The notes under the pieces: model-generated | Database searches by the model: none | Told to the model about the DNA's origin: nothing | The model's input: only the letters and a program-made list of their open reading frames with translations | Shown here: positions 1-10,085 of the stretch, one piece after another | Layout: each line of letters begins with the position of its first letter | Numbering within the stretch: position 1 is the first letter of the stretch | Made by a program: the position numbers and the translations under genes | Source of the DNA: Candidatus Acidiferrales bacterium | GTDB taxonomy: Bacteria; Acidobacteriota; Terriglobia; Acidiferrales; UBA7541 | Assembly: GCA_049300435.1 (NCBI GenBank) | Contig: JBAQJS010000145.1 | Location: 13,044-77,043 of the forward strand | Length of the DNA stretch: 64,000 nucleotides | Reading direction: 5' to 3'

Positions 1-40
1 CTTGCCGTTTCTAGCGGCGCAATCTCGCGCGCCGCTCTCT

Positions 41-1204
41 TCACAATGCGATCGTCCCGCCGCTCTGCGCCGCCTGATAAATCGCCGTCATGATCTTCAT
101 ATCCCGCAATCCCTCTTCTCCCGGTGTCAGCGGCGTCTTGTTCTCCATCACGCATCCGGACATGTGATCCATCTCCGCCGTGAAATGATCGCACGGCGGA
201 AAGACGATCTCCTCCAGCGTGTCGCCCCGGCACACTCTCATCCGCAATCCCGTATAGGTGGACGCCGGATCCAGCTCGAAATATCCCTGCGGCGCCAGCG
301 CCCGAAAATGCGAAGGGCTGAAGCTGCCGTAGCTCGAACTGCAATTTGCCAGCACGCCACTGGGAAATTGCAACTGGAACAGAATATTTTCCTCCACTTC
401 CTTGAAACGCGGATCGCCCGGCGCCGTATGCCACAGCGCGTTCACCGCTACCGGCTCCTCGCCGGAAATATATCGCGCCGCCTGCAGCGAATAGATTCCG
501 ATGTCCATCAGCGATCCGCCTCCGGACATGGCCTTCTGCAGACGCCATTGCGTGGGATCGCCGATGTTGAACCCCGCCTCCGCCTCGATGATTTGTACCG
601 GCCCCAGCGTTTTCTCCCGCGCCATGCGGATCATTTCCTGATTGTATGGTTCGTAGCGGCAGCGATAGGCCACCATCAGCTTGCGATTCGCCTTGATGCC
701 CGCGTCAATCATCGCCTGGCACTCCGCCACCGAAATCGCCATCGGTTTTTCCGTCAGCACGTGCTTGCCCGCCTGCAAGCCGCGTATGGTGTACTCAGCG
801 TGCATGCTGTTGGGCAGCACGATGTAAATCACGTCCACTTCCGGGTTGTCGCGAATCGTGTCGTAATTCTCGTAGTTGTAAATATTCTTGGGATTCACTC
901 CGTAACGCAGCGCCAGGTTGTGCGCCTTTTCCGGATGCCCGCTAACCAGCGCCGTCACTTTCGATTTCTCGCATCCTGCGAATGCCGGCAGAATCTGGTG
1001 CATCGCCAGGTTGCCCAGCCCCACCACCGCCCATCCCAGCTGCGGTCCCGGAGGCGGCGGCACCACCAGCTGCGGCGGCACCTCTTTCTGTTGCGCCGCA
1101 GCATCCTTCAGCAGCTCCGCGGCCACGTTCACCGCTACTAACCCCGACCCCACCGATGAAAGAAACCCGCGCCGCGAAATCCTCTTCTCGTCGTCCTCGC
1201 CCAT
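41..1204 (-). CDS. Gfo/Idh/MocA-family NAD(P)-dependent oxidoreductase with Tat-type signal
   Basis: ORF 41..1246. The N-terminus SRRGFLSSVGSGLVAV is a twin-arginine signal. Rossmann segment VVGLGNLAMHQILPAF and LTEKPMA motif are typical of glucose-fructose-oxidoreductase-like enzymes. Start set at ATG 1204 (MGEDDEKRISRRGF). Confidence 0.8.
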   Translation of the reverse strand: MGEDDEKRISRRGFLSSVGSGLVAVNVAAELLKDAAAQQKEVPPQLVVPPPPGPQLGWAVVGLGNLAMHQILPAFAGCEKSKVTALVSGHPEKAHNLALRYGVNPKNIYNYENYDTIRDNPEVDVIYIVLPNSMHAEYTIRGLQAGKHVLTEKPMAISVAECQAMIDAGIKANRKLMVAYRCRYEPYNQEMIRMAREKTLGPVQIIEAEAGFNIGDPTQWRLQKAMSGGGSLMDIGIYSLQAARYISGEEPVAVNALWHTAPGDPRFKEVEENILFQLQFPSGVLANCSSSYGSFSPSHFRALAPQGYFELDPASTYTGLRMRVCRGDTLEEIVFPPCDHFTAEMDHMSGCVMENKTPLTPGEEGLRDMKIMTAIYQAAQSGGTIAL

Positions 1205-1677
1205 AGCGCCCAATCCCTCCCGGCAAATCGAACCACCCAACCGCAACCCGCGATTCTACTCCACACCCATCAAGCGCGCCCCATCACTACCACCCCCAAT
1301 CACCACGCAATCTCAAATCACGACGCAGATGCAAATCACCGCGTCGGGCGCCCCATGCTTCCCGCAAAGCGGGAAGCGTAGGGTCTTTGACGTTGTATTT
1401 GTATTGGATGTTGCCGCTGTCTTTGTATCCGTCGTTGCCCTCGACTTCGTCCGGCTCAGCCCATGATCCAAGACAAATCCCAACCATTCTCACTCGCGCG
1501 CCGCGCGGGTCCGGCGGCACATCGAACGGAGGGAGTTCGCGCAGCGGCGGTTCACACGGAGGAAGCTCGCACGGCGGCAAGAGCGGCGGCAATCATTCCC
1601 GCCGCTAACCGCTCGCTACACGGCGTGAGGTTCCGTTCGACGCCGCGACCGCCAGATCGTGGCCCCGAACGCGCGGC

Positions 1678-2574
1678 CTAATGCTGCACTCCGCCGCGAT
1701 CGAGGTATTTCACCAGCAGCACTTCATTGCCGTCTTCGTTGTAGATCAGTTCGTCCACCAGCTTTTGCGCCAGCAGGATTCCGTATCCGCCCGGGCGCAT
1801 CCCGCGGGCCTCGCGATACACCGCGTGGCGAATGGGATCGTCAATCGGATTCGCCACGGCGGCGTGCTGAATTTCATCCAGCGTGAAACCCGCGCCGGGA
1901 TCCTTGATCCGGCAGAGTACCATCCGCCGCGAGCGCACGTAGGAAATCTGCACGTACTGGTCCGGCTGGAATTTCCCGCCGTGTTCCATGGCGTTCAGCA
2001 GGATTTCGCGAAACGCGGTGGCCACCGCATTGCTTTCCGTTTCCGGTAGGTCGGCAATCTCGTGCAGGAATTGGATCAGCCGGTCGGCCGTGGTGCGGTC
2101 GCAACGCACCACCACGCGAATCCATTCCGGCGTTGCGGACACCACCTCGATCCCGTCGTCCCAGCAAGGCTTCTCGGTCGCGAGGCGCACCATTTCCGCC
2201 AGCGCTGCCAGCGAAAACGGCTTGGAGAAATAGCTGAAGGCGCGCTCGCGCATCGAATCAATCACGTAGGAAGGCGCGCTTTCATCCGTCAGGATAATCA
2301 GCCGCGTATGCGGCCGCGCCATGCGCAATTTACGGAGCAATTCCACGTCGTCTTTTCCGGAAGTTTTTTCGCTGGTCAGGATCAGATCGAAGTGGGTCGC
2401 TTCGGCCAGCGCCAGCGCGGTGCGATTGTCCGGCGCGTGGCGGATGCTCCATTCCAGGGGATCGAGCACGGTCGCGAGAAACGCGCGCGTCGCATCGTCC
2501 GCGTCAATGAGCAACGCTTTCTTGATGGGAAAAGGCTTAGCTGCGAGTTGCGAGGGGGAACACATCATTGCCAC
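1678..2574 (-). CDS. Response-regulator receiver domain fused to an HATPase_c/RsbW-like ATP-binding domain
   Basis: Receiver signatures KKALLIDADD, FDLILTS and FSKPF. C-terminal half has an N-box-like ILLNAMEHGG and a G-box-like KDPGAGF. Confidence 0.7.
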   Translation of the reverse strand: MAMMCSPSQLAAKPFPIKKALLIDADDATRAFLATVLDPLEWSIRHAPDNRTALALAEATHFDLILTSEKTSGKDDVELLRKLRMARPHTRLIILTDESAPSYVIDSMRERAFSYFSKPFSLAALAEMVRLATEKPCWDDGIEVVSATPEWIRVVVRCDRTTADRLIQFLHEIADLPETESNAVATAFREILLNAMEHGGKFQPDQYVQISYVRSRRMVLCRIKDPGAGFTLDEIQHAAVANPIDDPIRHAVYREARGMRPGGYGILLAQKLVDELIYNEDGNEVLLVKYLDRGGVQH

Positions 2575-2905
2575 CGAATTCCACCGAATGCCGGCGGACG
2601 CCGCCGAAACCGCACCCGTTCGAAAACACGCCCAGGCCGTCGAGCGGCCCGCATTCCGGCGCTGGCAGGCGAACGGATTGGGGCTAGCATGCCCGAAAGC
2701 CGCCCGCGGTTCAATCGGTTTCCATTAGACGCGCGGGCGGGATAAATCGCTTCTGCGATTTTTCTTCTCCGCTCGAGCCGGCGGCGGCGCCGGCTCACAA
2801 CTCGCGCCGCAGCGAAATCTACACCAAGCGCGAGCTGGCGTAAGCAAATCGCCGCGCGCTGCCTGACGCATCGGACTGCGCGGGTTCTTGCCATCGCCGC
2901 CGCCA

Positions 2906-3688
2906 ATGTTATTCTCTCGTGTGCACATTCCTCATCCGATTTTTCTTTTTTGCGCGGCCTTCATCGCAGGAGTTCTGAATTCGGTTGCCGGCGGCGGCAG
3001 CTTCATCTCGTTTCCCGCGCTGCTTTTCACCGGCATGGCGCCCATTTCCGCCAACGCCACCAGCACCGCGGCGATCTGGCCCGGCACCATCGCCAGCACC
3101 GTGGCGTATCGCCGTGCGTTTACGCCCGAGGCGCGCCGCCTGCTGCCGCCGCTGCTGATCACCGGGATCATCGGCGGCGTGCTGGGCGCGCGCATTTTGC
3201 TGAAGACGCCGCAATCCACTTTCTTGCGGATTGTTCCGTGGCTGCTGCTGGGCGCGACGCTGCTGTTCCTTTTCGGACCGCGCATCAGCGCGTGGGTCCG
3301 CAACCGCGCGGCGCGGCGCAACGCTTCCCGGCCGATGCTCATGGCGGGATTTTTTCTGGAGCTTTTCATCGCCATATATATCGGCTACTTCGGCGGGGGC
3401 GTGGGGATCCTGGTGCTTTCGCTGCTGGCGCTGCTGGGGCTGGAGGATATCCACACGATGAACGGGGTGAAAACGCTGCTGGTGAGCGTGGTGAACGGCG
3501 TGGCGCTGGTCACTTTCATGATCGCCAAAATAATCGTGTGGCCGCAGGCCATGCTGATGGTGGCCGGAAGCCTGATCGGGGGCTACGGCGGCGCGTACTA
3601 CGCGCAAAAAATGAATCCGCAGCACGTCCGCTGGGTAGTCATCACCGTAGGCTTCTGCATGTCCTTTTATTTCTTCATCCGCAAGTAG
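2906..3688 (+). CDS. TauE/SafE-family anion exporter (membrane protein)
   Basis: Multi-TM protein with VLNSVAGGGSFISFPALLF near the N-terminus and GGGVGILVLSLLALLG later, typical of TauE/SafE. ATG at 2906 preferred over TTG at 2888. Confidence 0.75.
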   Translation: MLFSRVHIPHPIFLFCAAFIAGVLNSVAGGGSFISFPALLFTGMAPISANATSTAAIWPGTIASTVAYRRAFTPEARRLLPPLLITGIIGGVLGARILLKTPQSTFLRIVPWLLLGATLLFLFGPRISAWVRNRAARRNASRPMLMAGFFLELFIAIYIGYFGGGVGILVLSLLALLGLEDIHTMNGVKTLLVSVVNGVALVTFMIAKIIVWPQAMLMVAGSLIGGYGGAYYAQKMNPQHVRWVVITVGFCMSFYFFIRK

Positions 3689-3824
3689 TCCGCCGCGAAG
3701 ATGCTCGGTTGCCGCCCAAGGTGTGCCCCGCGCATTGGTCTGTGCCGCCGCGCGGCCAGGGCCGGGCGCGGCGGCGATGTTGCGACCAAAATTAGCGATT
3801 GATTGGGTTCGCCGCTGTTTGTTT

Positions 3825-4454
3825 TCAGTGGTTTGCATCGTTTTCCGATTTCCGGACAGTAGCGATTGATTGGGGCTCGGCCGGGGGTGCGCAGGCCGGG
3901 TTTTCGGCCGGGTCCTCGGCCGCGGTCGCGGCTGGCAGCTCGCGGAGTTCGCTTGGCGGTGAGGCGAAGCGGGGCTGGCCGGGAGCGGCGCCGTCTTCGT
4001 GGCGGGCGAAGGAGCCGGTCGGGAGCGGTTGCGGGCGGCTGGCGGAAACTATCACTTCGGATTTGGTGGTGGGATGGACCCAGCGGCCGTCTTCGTTGAT
4101 GTGGGCGAAGGCGTAAGCGGCGCGGACGACGTCCTGCGGACCGGTGAGGGGGACGGTGTCGGCATTCTCGATCATGTTGCCGAGGGCGTAGCGCAGGTTG
4201 CGGTCGCGAATGGCGAAGAGTTTGAAGGCGTGGGCGTGATGGTAGAGGGCGGTCTGGGACTTGAGTTCGAAGACGCGCATGATGGTGCGGGGGCTGCGCC
4301 ATTGCAGGAAGGCTTCTTCGACGAGTTCGCGGGAGGGGTGGCGGCAGATTTCGCAGCGGAGGCTGTGATATTTGAGGTCAATTTCTCCATTGTCATAGAA
4401 ATCGCGGTGGTGGCTGGAGACGAGGGATTTCTGAGCACGGGTTAGGTTGCGCAT
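3825..4454 (-). CDS. Hypothetical protein (possible phage-derived; CxxC-containing N-terminal half)
   Basis: 209-aa ORF with balanced composition in the first ~130 aa (HSLRCEICRHPSRELVEEAFLQW) and a Pro/Ala-rich tail. Lies next to a DUF5131 phage-gene remnant. Confidence 0.45.
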   Translation of the reverse strand: MRNLTRAQKSLVSSHHRDFYDNGEIDLKYHSLRCEICRHPSRELVEEAFLQWRSPRTIMRVFELKSQTALYHHAHAFKLFAIRDRNLRYALGNMIENADTVPLTGPQDVVRAAYAFAHINEDGRWVHPTTKSEVIVSASRPQPLPTGSFARHEDGAAPGQPRFASPPSELRELPAATAAEDPAENPACAPPAEPQSIATVRKSENDANH

Positions 4455-4559
4455 GATGCGTCCTTTGGGGACTTCAGTAGTGCCCCGACTGACGCTAACA
4501 CAGTTCGGGCTCGAGTGCCACTGGTATCAATACACACACGGCAAGTGGCTGGAAGGTAA

Positions 4560-4715
4560 GAATGTGGGACCCGAATCGGAGCCGATTCTAACTGGGTTCG
4601 CGACATCCGCGAGCGGTGCGTAGAGGCTGATATCTGGTTCTTTTTCAAACAGTGGGGCGGCGTCCGCAGCGCGGGGACCACGAATCACGAGTCACAAATC
4701 ACGAAGCACGGGTGA
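4560..4715 (+). pseudogene. C-terminal remnant of a phage Gp37/Gp68-family (DUF5131) gene
   Basis: Frame opened after TAA 4557-4559 reads ECGTRIGADSNWVRDIRERCVEADIWFFFKQWGGVRS... to TGA 4713-4715. The W-x-R-x-IR-x-x-C ... FFFKQWGG pattern is the conserved DUF5131 C-terminus. There is no N-terminal part or start codon. Confidence 0.55.
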
Positions 4716-4780
4716 GCGCTGCCGCGCCAGTCTTGGCGGGCGGCGCGGTGGTATATTGGAGCTATGGGCGAGGGACTGAA

Positions 4781-6016
4781 ATGAGCGAGCGAAAGGCACC
4801 GTTTGCCAGCGTGGAAGAAGCGCTGGAAGAGATCCGCGCGGGGCGGATGATCGTGCTGGTGGACGACGAAGACCGCGAGAACGAGGGCGACCTGGCGATG
4901 GCCGGGGAGAAAGTGACGCCGGAAGCGATCAACTTCATGGCGAAATTCGGGCGGGGGCTGATTTGCCTGGCGATGACCGAGCAGCGCTGCGACGCACTGG
5001 GCCTGGCGCCGATTACGCCGCGCAACACTTCGATGTTCGGGACTCCTTTTTGCGAGCCGATTGACGCGCGGGTGGGCACCACCACGGGAACCAGCGCGGC
5101 GGACCGGGCGACGACGATCCGCGCGGCCACCAATCCCGACACGCGGCCGGAGGACCTCGCGCGGCCGGGACACGTGTACACGCTGCGGGCGCGCAACGGC
5201 GGGGTGCTGGTGCGCGCGGGGCAGACGGAAGCGTCTGTGGACCTGGCGCGGCTGGCGGGCCTGGACCATTCCGGTGTGATCTGCGAAATCATGAACGACG
5301 ACGGCACCATGGCGCGGATTCCACATCTGGTGGAATTCTGCCGCCTGCATGGGATGAAGCTGCTGACCGTGGCGGACCTGATCCGCTACCGCATGCAGCA
5401 CGAGCGGCACGTGCGGCGGATCGCGGAATCGGTGCTGCCGACGCGGCACGGAAATTTCCGGATGATCGCGTATTCAAACGACGCGGACCATGAGTTGCAT
5501 GTGGCGCTGGTGCGCGGCGAGATTGCCGCGGCGGTGCGCGAGGGCGAACGCGCGGGGGCGGTGGCGAGCGGCGTGGCGGATCGCGAGGCGCCTTTGGTGC
5601 GCGTGCATTCGCACTGCCTTACCGGGGATGCGTTCGGCTCGACGGCTTGCGATTGCCACACGATCATCGAGCGGTCGCTGGCGGCGATTGCCAAGGAAGA
5701 TCGCGGAGTCTTCGTGTATTTGCACCACACCGGGCGGGGATTCCAGATTGACGCGCCGCGCGAGGCGGACGCCGCAGAGCTGCCGCGCATCCGCTATCAC
5801 GCGCGCGAGGAAGTGGAGCAGGACCTGGGGCGGCAGCGGCTGGTGCAGCGCGAAAGCGGCATTGGCGCGCAGATATTGATTGACCTGGGATTGCGGAGGA
5901 TTCGCGTGTTGACCAATCATCCGCGCAAGGTGGTGGCGCTGGAAGGCTACGGGCTGGAGATTGCGGAGCAGGTGCCTTTGGCGATGGGCACGGCGCCGAC
6001 TGGCCATCCGGTGTAG
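4781..6016 (+). CDS. ribBA: Bifunctional 3,4-dihydroxy-2-butanone-4-phosphate synthase / GTP cyclohydrolase II
   Basis: [38 protein letters not shown] (DHBP synthase) followed by [20 protein letters not shown] (GTP cyclohydrolase II Cys cluster). ATG at 4781 chosen inside ORF 4652..6016. Confidence 0.9.
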   Translation: MSERKAPFASVEEALEEIRAGRMIVLVDDEDRENEGDLAMAGEKVTPEAINFMAKFGRGLICLAMTEQRCDALGLAPITPRNTSMFGTPFCEPIDARVGTTTGTSAADRATTIRAATNPDTRPEDLARPGHVYTLRARNGGVLVRAGQTEASVDLARLAGLDHSGVICEIMNDDGTMARIPHLVEFCRLHGMKLLTVADLIRYRMQHERHVRRIAESVLPTRHGNFRMIAYSNDADHELHVALVRGEIAAAVREGERAGAVASGVADREAPLVRVHSHCLTGDAFGSTACDCHTIIERSLAAIAKEDRGVFVYLHHTGRGFQIDAPREADAAELPRIRYHAREEVEQDLGRQRLVQRESGIGAQILIDLGLRRIRVLTNHPRKVVALEGYGLEIAEQVPLAMGTAPTGHPV

Positions 6017-6046
6017 CGGTTGCTGGCGACAGGAGTTCAAGGATTT

Positions 6047-6086
6047 AACACAGAGTTCACTGAGGAACTGCGGAGGGCGCGGAGAA
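6047..6086. repeat. Dispersed short repeat AACACAGAGTTCAC(T/G)GAG..., copy 1
   Basis: AACACAGAGTTCACTGAGGAACTGCGGAGGGCGCGGAGAA downstream of ribBA. A related copy lies at 44794-44870. Confidence 0.5.
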
Positions 6087-6105
6087 TGCGAGATTCGTTT
6101 CGCGG

Positions 6106-6423
6106 CTAGCGCGATTTCTGCTGCGGAGGTTTGACGATCACGTAGGGGCGAATTTTATCGAGGCGGGGCTGGGTGACGCCTTTGATGGCGAGCAGATCTT
6201 CGACGCGGCGGAAGGGGCCGCTCCTGGCGCGGAAATCCACGATGGCCTGGGCAGTTTTGGGGCCGATGCCCGGGAGTTCTTGCAGTTGCGCGGCGGTGGC
6301 GGAGTTCAAATCGAGCGGATGCTGCGGCGGATGCTTCTGTGCTGAAACGGTGTGGACGTACAGCAGTAGCGACAAAACTAGAATGATTGCGCGTCTCGAG
6401 TTTTTCCCACCACAACTTCGCAA
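6106..6423 (-). CDS. ComEA-like helix-hairpin-helix DNA-binding protein, secreted
   Basis: Signal peptide followed by LNSATAAQLQELPGIGPKTAQAIVDFRARSGPFRRVEDLLAIKGV, the ComEA HhH module. Confidence 0.75.
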   Translation of the reverse strand: MRSCGGKNSRRAIILVLSLLLYVHTVSAQKHPPQHPLDLNSATAAQLQELPGIGPKTAQAIVDFRARSGPFRRVEDLLAIKGVTQPRLDKIRPYVIVKPPQQKSR

Positions 6424-6440
6424 CTAGTCCGTTCCTCTGG

Positions 6441-7856
6441 TCACTTCTGCTGGTTTCCCTGGGCGTCGTATTCGGTGACTTCGCCGAATAGGGCGGCTTG
6501 CTCGGCGATTTGGGCGCGGTCGCCGACCAGGACGATTTGCGCGTTGGTGGAATCGAAGTGGCGGCGGGCGGCGGCGAGAACGTCGTCCGCGGCGAGCGCG
6601 TGAATTTTCTGGCGATAGGTTTCGAGATGGTTCTCGGGCAACTGGTCGAGATAGATGGTGGAGAGCTGGCCGAGCAGACCGTCCTGGGTGGCGACGCCGA
6701 GGGAAAAAACGCCGGTGAGATAACTGCGGGCGCTGGCGAGTTCTTCGGCGGTGACGGGGAGCGAGCGGATGCGGTCCATCTCGTAGAAAATTTCGGTGAG
6801 GGTGGCGGCGGCGACTTCGTTGCGCACGGCGGCGTGCACGCTGAAATAGCCGTGCTGGCGGAGCGACTGCAGGCCGCTGCGCGGGCTGTAGGTGTAGCCT
6901 TTTTGTTCGCGAATGTTGATGACCAGGCGGGAATGGAATGCGCCGCCGTAGATGGAATTCGCGAGCACCAGGCGGGACCAATCGGGATCGCGGCGGGTGA
7001 TGGCCATATTGCCGAGGAGCACCTGGGTCTGGACGCTGCCGGGCAAATGGACGAGGTGAACGCGGCGTCCAAAGTGGCGCGGCGGTGCCGCCGATACCAT
7101 GGCCAAAGGCGGCGAAGCCTGCCATTCGCCGAACACTTTTTCAATTTGCGCGAACATAGCGTCTGCGGAGAAATCGCCGACGACGATGAGCAGCGCGTTC
7201 ATTGGAGAATAATTGTGGCTGTAGAAATCCTGGAGCTGCGGCAGCTCGATGGCCGCGACTTGCTGTTCGGTGGGCGAAACGATCGCGTAGGGATGCTCGC
7301 CGAAAAGGACGCGGCGGAAGCGCTCGTTCGCGAGGAAGCCGGGCGTGGTGCGTTCGATGCGCAGGCCTTCGATTTTGCGGCTGCGTTCGCGCTCGAATTC
7401 CTCGGCGGGGAAGGAAGCGTTGCGGGCGAGGTCGGCGAGCAGGTCGAAGAGACCGGCGGAAAATTCGGCGAGGCCGGATATGGAGATGGCGCTGGAATCG
7501 GCACCGGCGTGCGAGCCGAGGTCCGCGCCCATGCGGCGGAGATCTTCTTCAATCTGGCGGCTGGTGCGCGAGGCGGTGCCGGTGCGCACGACGGTGGCGG
7601 TGATTTCGGCGAGGCCCGGCGCGCGGTGGGCGACGCTGGCATTGCCGCTGCGGAAGAAAAGCTGCGCGGTGATTTTCGGGAACGTGCGCAGCTCGGCCAG
7701 GACGACTTGCAGGCCGTTGGGCAGAGTGCGCACCGCGCGCTGGGGCCAAGCGACGGGGCGTTCGGGACCGAGAGCCGGCGGAACCGTGACGGACGGCTGC
7801 GTGGCGGCGGCAGAGTTCATCGTGGTAGCCAGGGGTTTGGTGGTTGTTCCGCTCAT
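6441..7856 (-). CDS. M16-family (pitrilysin-like) peptidase, non-catalytic-type partner subunit
   Basis: Start at MSGTTTKPL (ATG 7856) overlaps the upstream M16 gene stop by 4 nt. M16 fold-like sequence without an HxxEH motif. The long upstream extension of ORF 6441..8369 is Arg-rich and overlaps the neighbour. Confidence 0.75.
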   Translation of the reverse strand: MSGTTTKPLATTMNSAAATQPSVTVPPALGPERPVAWPQRAVRTLPNGLQVVLAELRTFPKITAQLFFRSGNASVAHRAPGLAEITATVVRTGTASRTSRQIEEDLRRMGADLGSHAGADSSAISISGLAEFSAGLFDLLADLARNASFPAEEFERERSRKIEGLRIERTTPGFLANERFRRVLFGEHPYAIVSPTEQQVAAIELPQLQDFYSHNYSPMNALLIVVGDFSADAMFAQIEKVFGEWQASPPLAMVSAAPPRHFGRRVHLVHLPGSVQTQVLLGNMAITRRDPDWSRLVLANSIYGGAFHSRLVINIREQKGYTYSPRSGLQSLRQHGYFSVHAAVRNEVAAATLTEIFYEMDRIRSLPVTAEELASARSYLTGVFSLGVATQDGLLGQLSTIYLDQLPENHLETYRQKIHALAADDVLAAARRHFDSTNAQIVLVGDRAQIAEQAALFGEVTEYDAQGNQQK

Positions 7857-9157
7857 GCGGCCACTTCCTTCGCGACGGGGCGGCGCACGAGGATGGCGCG
7901 ATTGGAGGGAACGAGATATTTTTTCGCGGCGGACTGCACCTGCGCCGGAGTGACGGCTTCGAAGCCGTCGAGAACGGTATTGATCCGGCCGGGATCTCCA
8001 TCGAACAGCGCGAAACAAGCGAGGTAGTGCATCAGACCGAAGCGCGGCATGTGAGCTCCCATTCCCCCTTCCAGATTGGAGTAATAATCGGCACGGAGTT
8101 TGACCTTGACGGGGGCCAGCTCGTCTTCGGCGATGCCGTTTTCCTGAATTTCGCGGATGATTTCGTCGAACGCGGCGATGGTTTCGCCGGAAGTGAATTG
8201 GGGATTGTGAAAAATGCGCGTGACCATCTGGGTGGGGCCGTTGGTTTCGATGATGTCCGCGCCGCCATCGGTTTCGACGGCAATCTGTTTTTCCAGGACC
8301 AGGCGGCGATAGATGCGGCCGACGCGGCCGCCGTGCAGAGCGCGGTCGAGAATTGAAGCGGCGTACCAATCGGGATTGCGGCGGTCCGGAACGGTGTAGC
8401 CGATGGCGATGGCGGGCAGCGGGCCGAATTTTTCGGCGACTTCGCCGCGGCGCTCCTCGGTTTGCGGGGGCTCAGTGACGTCCGCGCGGGGCGGCAGCGG
8501 GTGCGCGGGAATATTTTCGAAATGGCGCCGGGCGAGGGCGAAACCTTCGGCGGGGTCCAGGTCGCCAACCATGAGCAGGACGGCGTTATTGGGCGAATAG
8601 TAGGTGTGGAAGAAGGTGCGGACGTCTTCCAGAGTGGCAGCGTCGAGGTCGGCGAAATCGCCGTAGAAATTGTGGGCGTTGGGCCAATTGCGAAAGGCCA
8701 CGGGCGGAAGATCGAGCCAGGGGAAACCGCCGTAGGGCTGGTTCATGACGTTGACGCGGACTTCTTCTTTTACGACGTCGCGCTGGTTGCGGAGATTTTC
8801 ATCATCCACTTTGAGGGCGCGCATGCGGTCGGCTTCGAGCCAGAGCACGCGTTCGAGCGCGTTGGAGGGGACGGATTCGAAATAATTGGTGATGTCGTAA
8901 TTGGTGGTGCCGTTGAGCATGCCGCCAGAGGAATTGATGAGGCGAATGTGTTCCATCTTGCCGGCGTTTTCGGAGCCCTGGAACATCATGTGCTCGAAAA
9001 GATGGGCGAAACCGCTGCGGCCGCGAGGCTCGAGGCGAAAACCGATCTGATAGTAAACGCCGACGGTGACGACCGGCGCTGAGCGGTCGGGGGAAATGAC
9101 CACGCGCAAGCCGTTGGCGAGAGTGGCGTGTTCGACTGGGATGTGGAGATTCTTCAC
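7853..9157 (-). CDS. M16-family zinc metallopeptidase (HxxEH active site)
   Basis: GFAHLFEHMMFQGS contains the inverted zinc-binding motif HxxEH. Paired with a second M16 gene downstream. Confidence 0.85.
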   Translation of the reverse strand: MKNLHIPVEHATLANGLRVVISPDRSAPVVTVGVYYQIGFRLEPRGRSGFAHLFEHMMFQGSENAGKMEHIRLINSSGGMLNGTTNYDITNYFESVPSNALERVLWLEADRMRALKVDDENLRNQRDVVKEEVRVNVMNQPYGGFPWLDLPPVAFRNWPNAHNFYGDFADLDAATLEDVRTFFHTYYSPNNAVLLMVGDLDPAEGFALARRHFENIPAHPLPPRADVTEPPQTEERRGEVAEKFGPLPAIAIGYTVPDRRNPDWYAASILDRALHGGRVGRIYRRLVLEKQIAVETDGGADIIETNGPTQMVTRIFHNPQFTSGETIAAFDEIIREIQENGIAEDELAPVKVKLRADYYSNLEGGMGAHMPRFGLMHYLACFALFDGDPGRINTVLDGFEAVTPAQVQSAAKKYLVPSNRAILVRRPVAKEVAA

Positions 9158-10032
9158 TGCCGGTTCCTCCTGGGAATTTTCAAAGCGCGATCGATTTGCG
9201 GCAAAGTCTTGGCGGCGTCTTTCGCCAGAACGCGGGCGGAAAGGCGGGCGAGCGCGGCGTAGGCGTCGTTGATTTCGGCTGGATATTTGCGCAGGGCGGC
9301 GCGATGCCTTGCGACCGTCGAGTAATCGCGGCGAGCGATGGGACCGGTCCAGGCAGCCCGCGGGCCGTGCTGTTCGAAATTGGCGAGAGTCTGGCGGAGG
9401 AGAGGGAGCAACGCCTGGGCCGCGCGGCGGCGGGTGAAGCCGAGTTGCAGGAGCACTTGCGTGGCCGCCTCGGTGAGAGCGAGAGCGTGACCGGCCACCA
9501 GCACGCCGGCGGCGTGGTAGGCGGGCTTGGCGCGGCCGGACACGACGACGGGCACGCCGCCAAGCGAGAGCGCGATTGCGCGAGCCGCACGGCGCGCGCG
9601 CGGATGGCCTTCGATGGCGAAGATCACGCCGTTCAATTCAGGTTGCGAGCGCCCTGTAAATGTTTGCATGGGGTGAAGCGAACCTGTCCAAGCACCGAGT
9701 TGCGCGAGCGGCCGCAAAACGCCGCGGTCCAGCGCGCCACTCGTGTGCAAAATGATTTTTCCGCGGCAGTTTTTTCCCGCCAGTTGCGCCAGTTCTTGCG
9801 CGACCGCGGCCAGCGCGTCATCCGGCGTCGCTAACAGAATAACATCGGCACGCAGTACGTGTCGCGTGAGGGCGGCGAAGGGGGTGCCGGCGCCAATCGC
9901 GCGGACGGCGGCGCGGGAATGGGGCGCGGAGCGGGTGACGACGGCGACGATGCGCCATCCGCGGCGATGCAGGCGGCGGGCAAGCGTGCGACCCAGGCGT
10001 CCGGCACCGACGATGGAAACAGAGCGCTTCAT
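9154..10032 (-). CDS. Rossmann-fold NAD(P)-binding protein with DUF2520-like C-terminus
   Basis: MKRSVSIVGAGRLGRTLARRL dinucleotide-binding motif at the chosen start (ATG 10032). Stop overlaps the M16 start by 4 nt. Confidence 0.6.
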   Translation of the reverse strand: MKRSVSIVGAGRLGRTLARRLHRRGWRIVAVVTRSAPHSRAAVRAIGAGTPFAALTRHVLRADVILLATPDDALAAVAQELAQLAGKNCRGKIILHTSGALDRGVLRPLAQLGAWTGSLHPMQTFTGRSQPELNGVIFAIEGHPRARRAARAIALSLGGVPVVVSGRAKPAYHAAGVLVAGHALALTEAATQVLLQLGFTRRRAAQALLPLLRQTLANFEQHGPRAAWTGPIARRDYSTVARHRAALRKYPAEINDAYAALARLSARVLAKDAAKTLPQIDRALKIPRRNRQ

Positions 10033-10085
10033 GCAAAGTGATAGCATAGCGTGTTCGCAGTTCGCCTGCTGGAGGAAATTCTCGC

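Noticed and set aside
2-1141. Long plus-strand ORF (379 aa) antisense to the Gfo/Idh/MocA gene. Similar long shadow ORFs occur at 6155..7144, 6498..8027, 10029..10958, 15687..16712, 22835..24022, 45793..47073 and 54695..55618.
   Set aside because: They are Arg/His/Pro/Gly-rich and low-complexity with no motifs. Each fully overlaps a gene with clear family signatures on the other strand or frame, as is typical for high-GC DNA.
1296-1345. Reiterated AAATCAC(G/C) motif (also at 4678-4710: CACGAATCACGAGTCACAAATCACGAAGCACGG).
   Set aside because: The copies are short and degenerate, and there are only two loci in the window. I cannot distinguish this from chance or a generic intergenic repeat without genome-wide counts.
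1287-1592. Minus-strand ORF containing a protein-like stretch (GSWAEPDEVEGNDGYKDSGNIQYKYNVKDPTLPA).
   Set aside because: The rest is Pro/Arg low complexity. The ORF spans a hairpin (GCTTCCCGCAAAGCGGGAAGC, 1357-1377), and there is no credible start or RBS. Evidence is insufficient to call a gene.
4455-4780. Possible FMN riboswitch (RFN element) in the ribBA leader.
   Set aside because: I could not find the conserved RFN core segments (for example GGGGCAGGGTGAAATTCCC... or GGATGGGAGA-like). The region is instead explained by a DUF5131 gene remnant. An Rfam scan would be needed to be sure.
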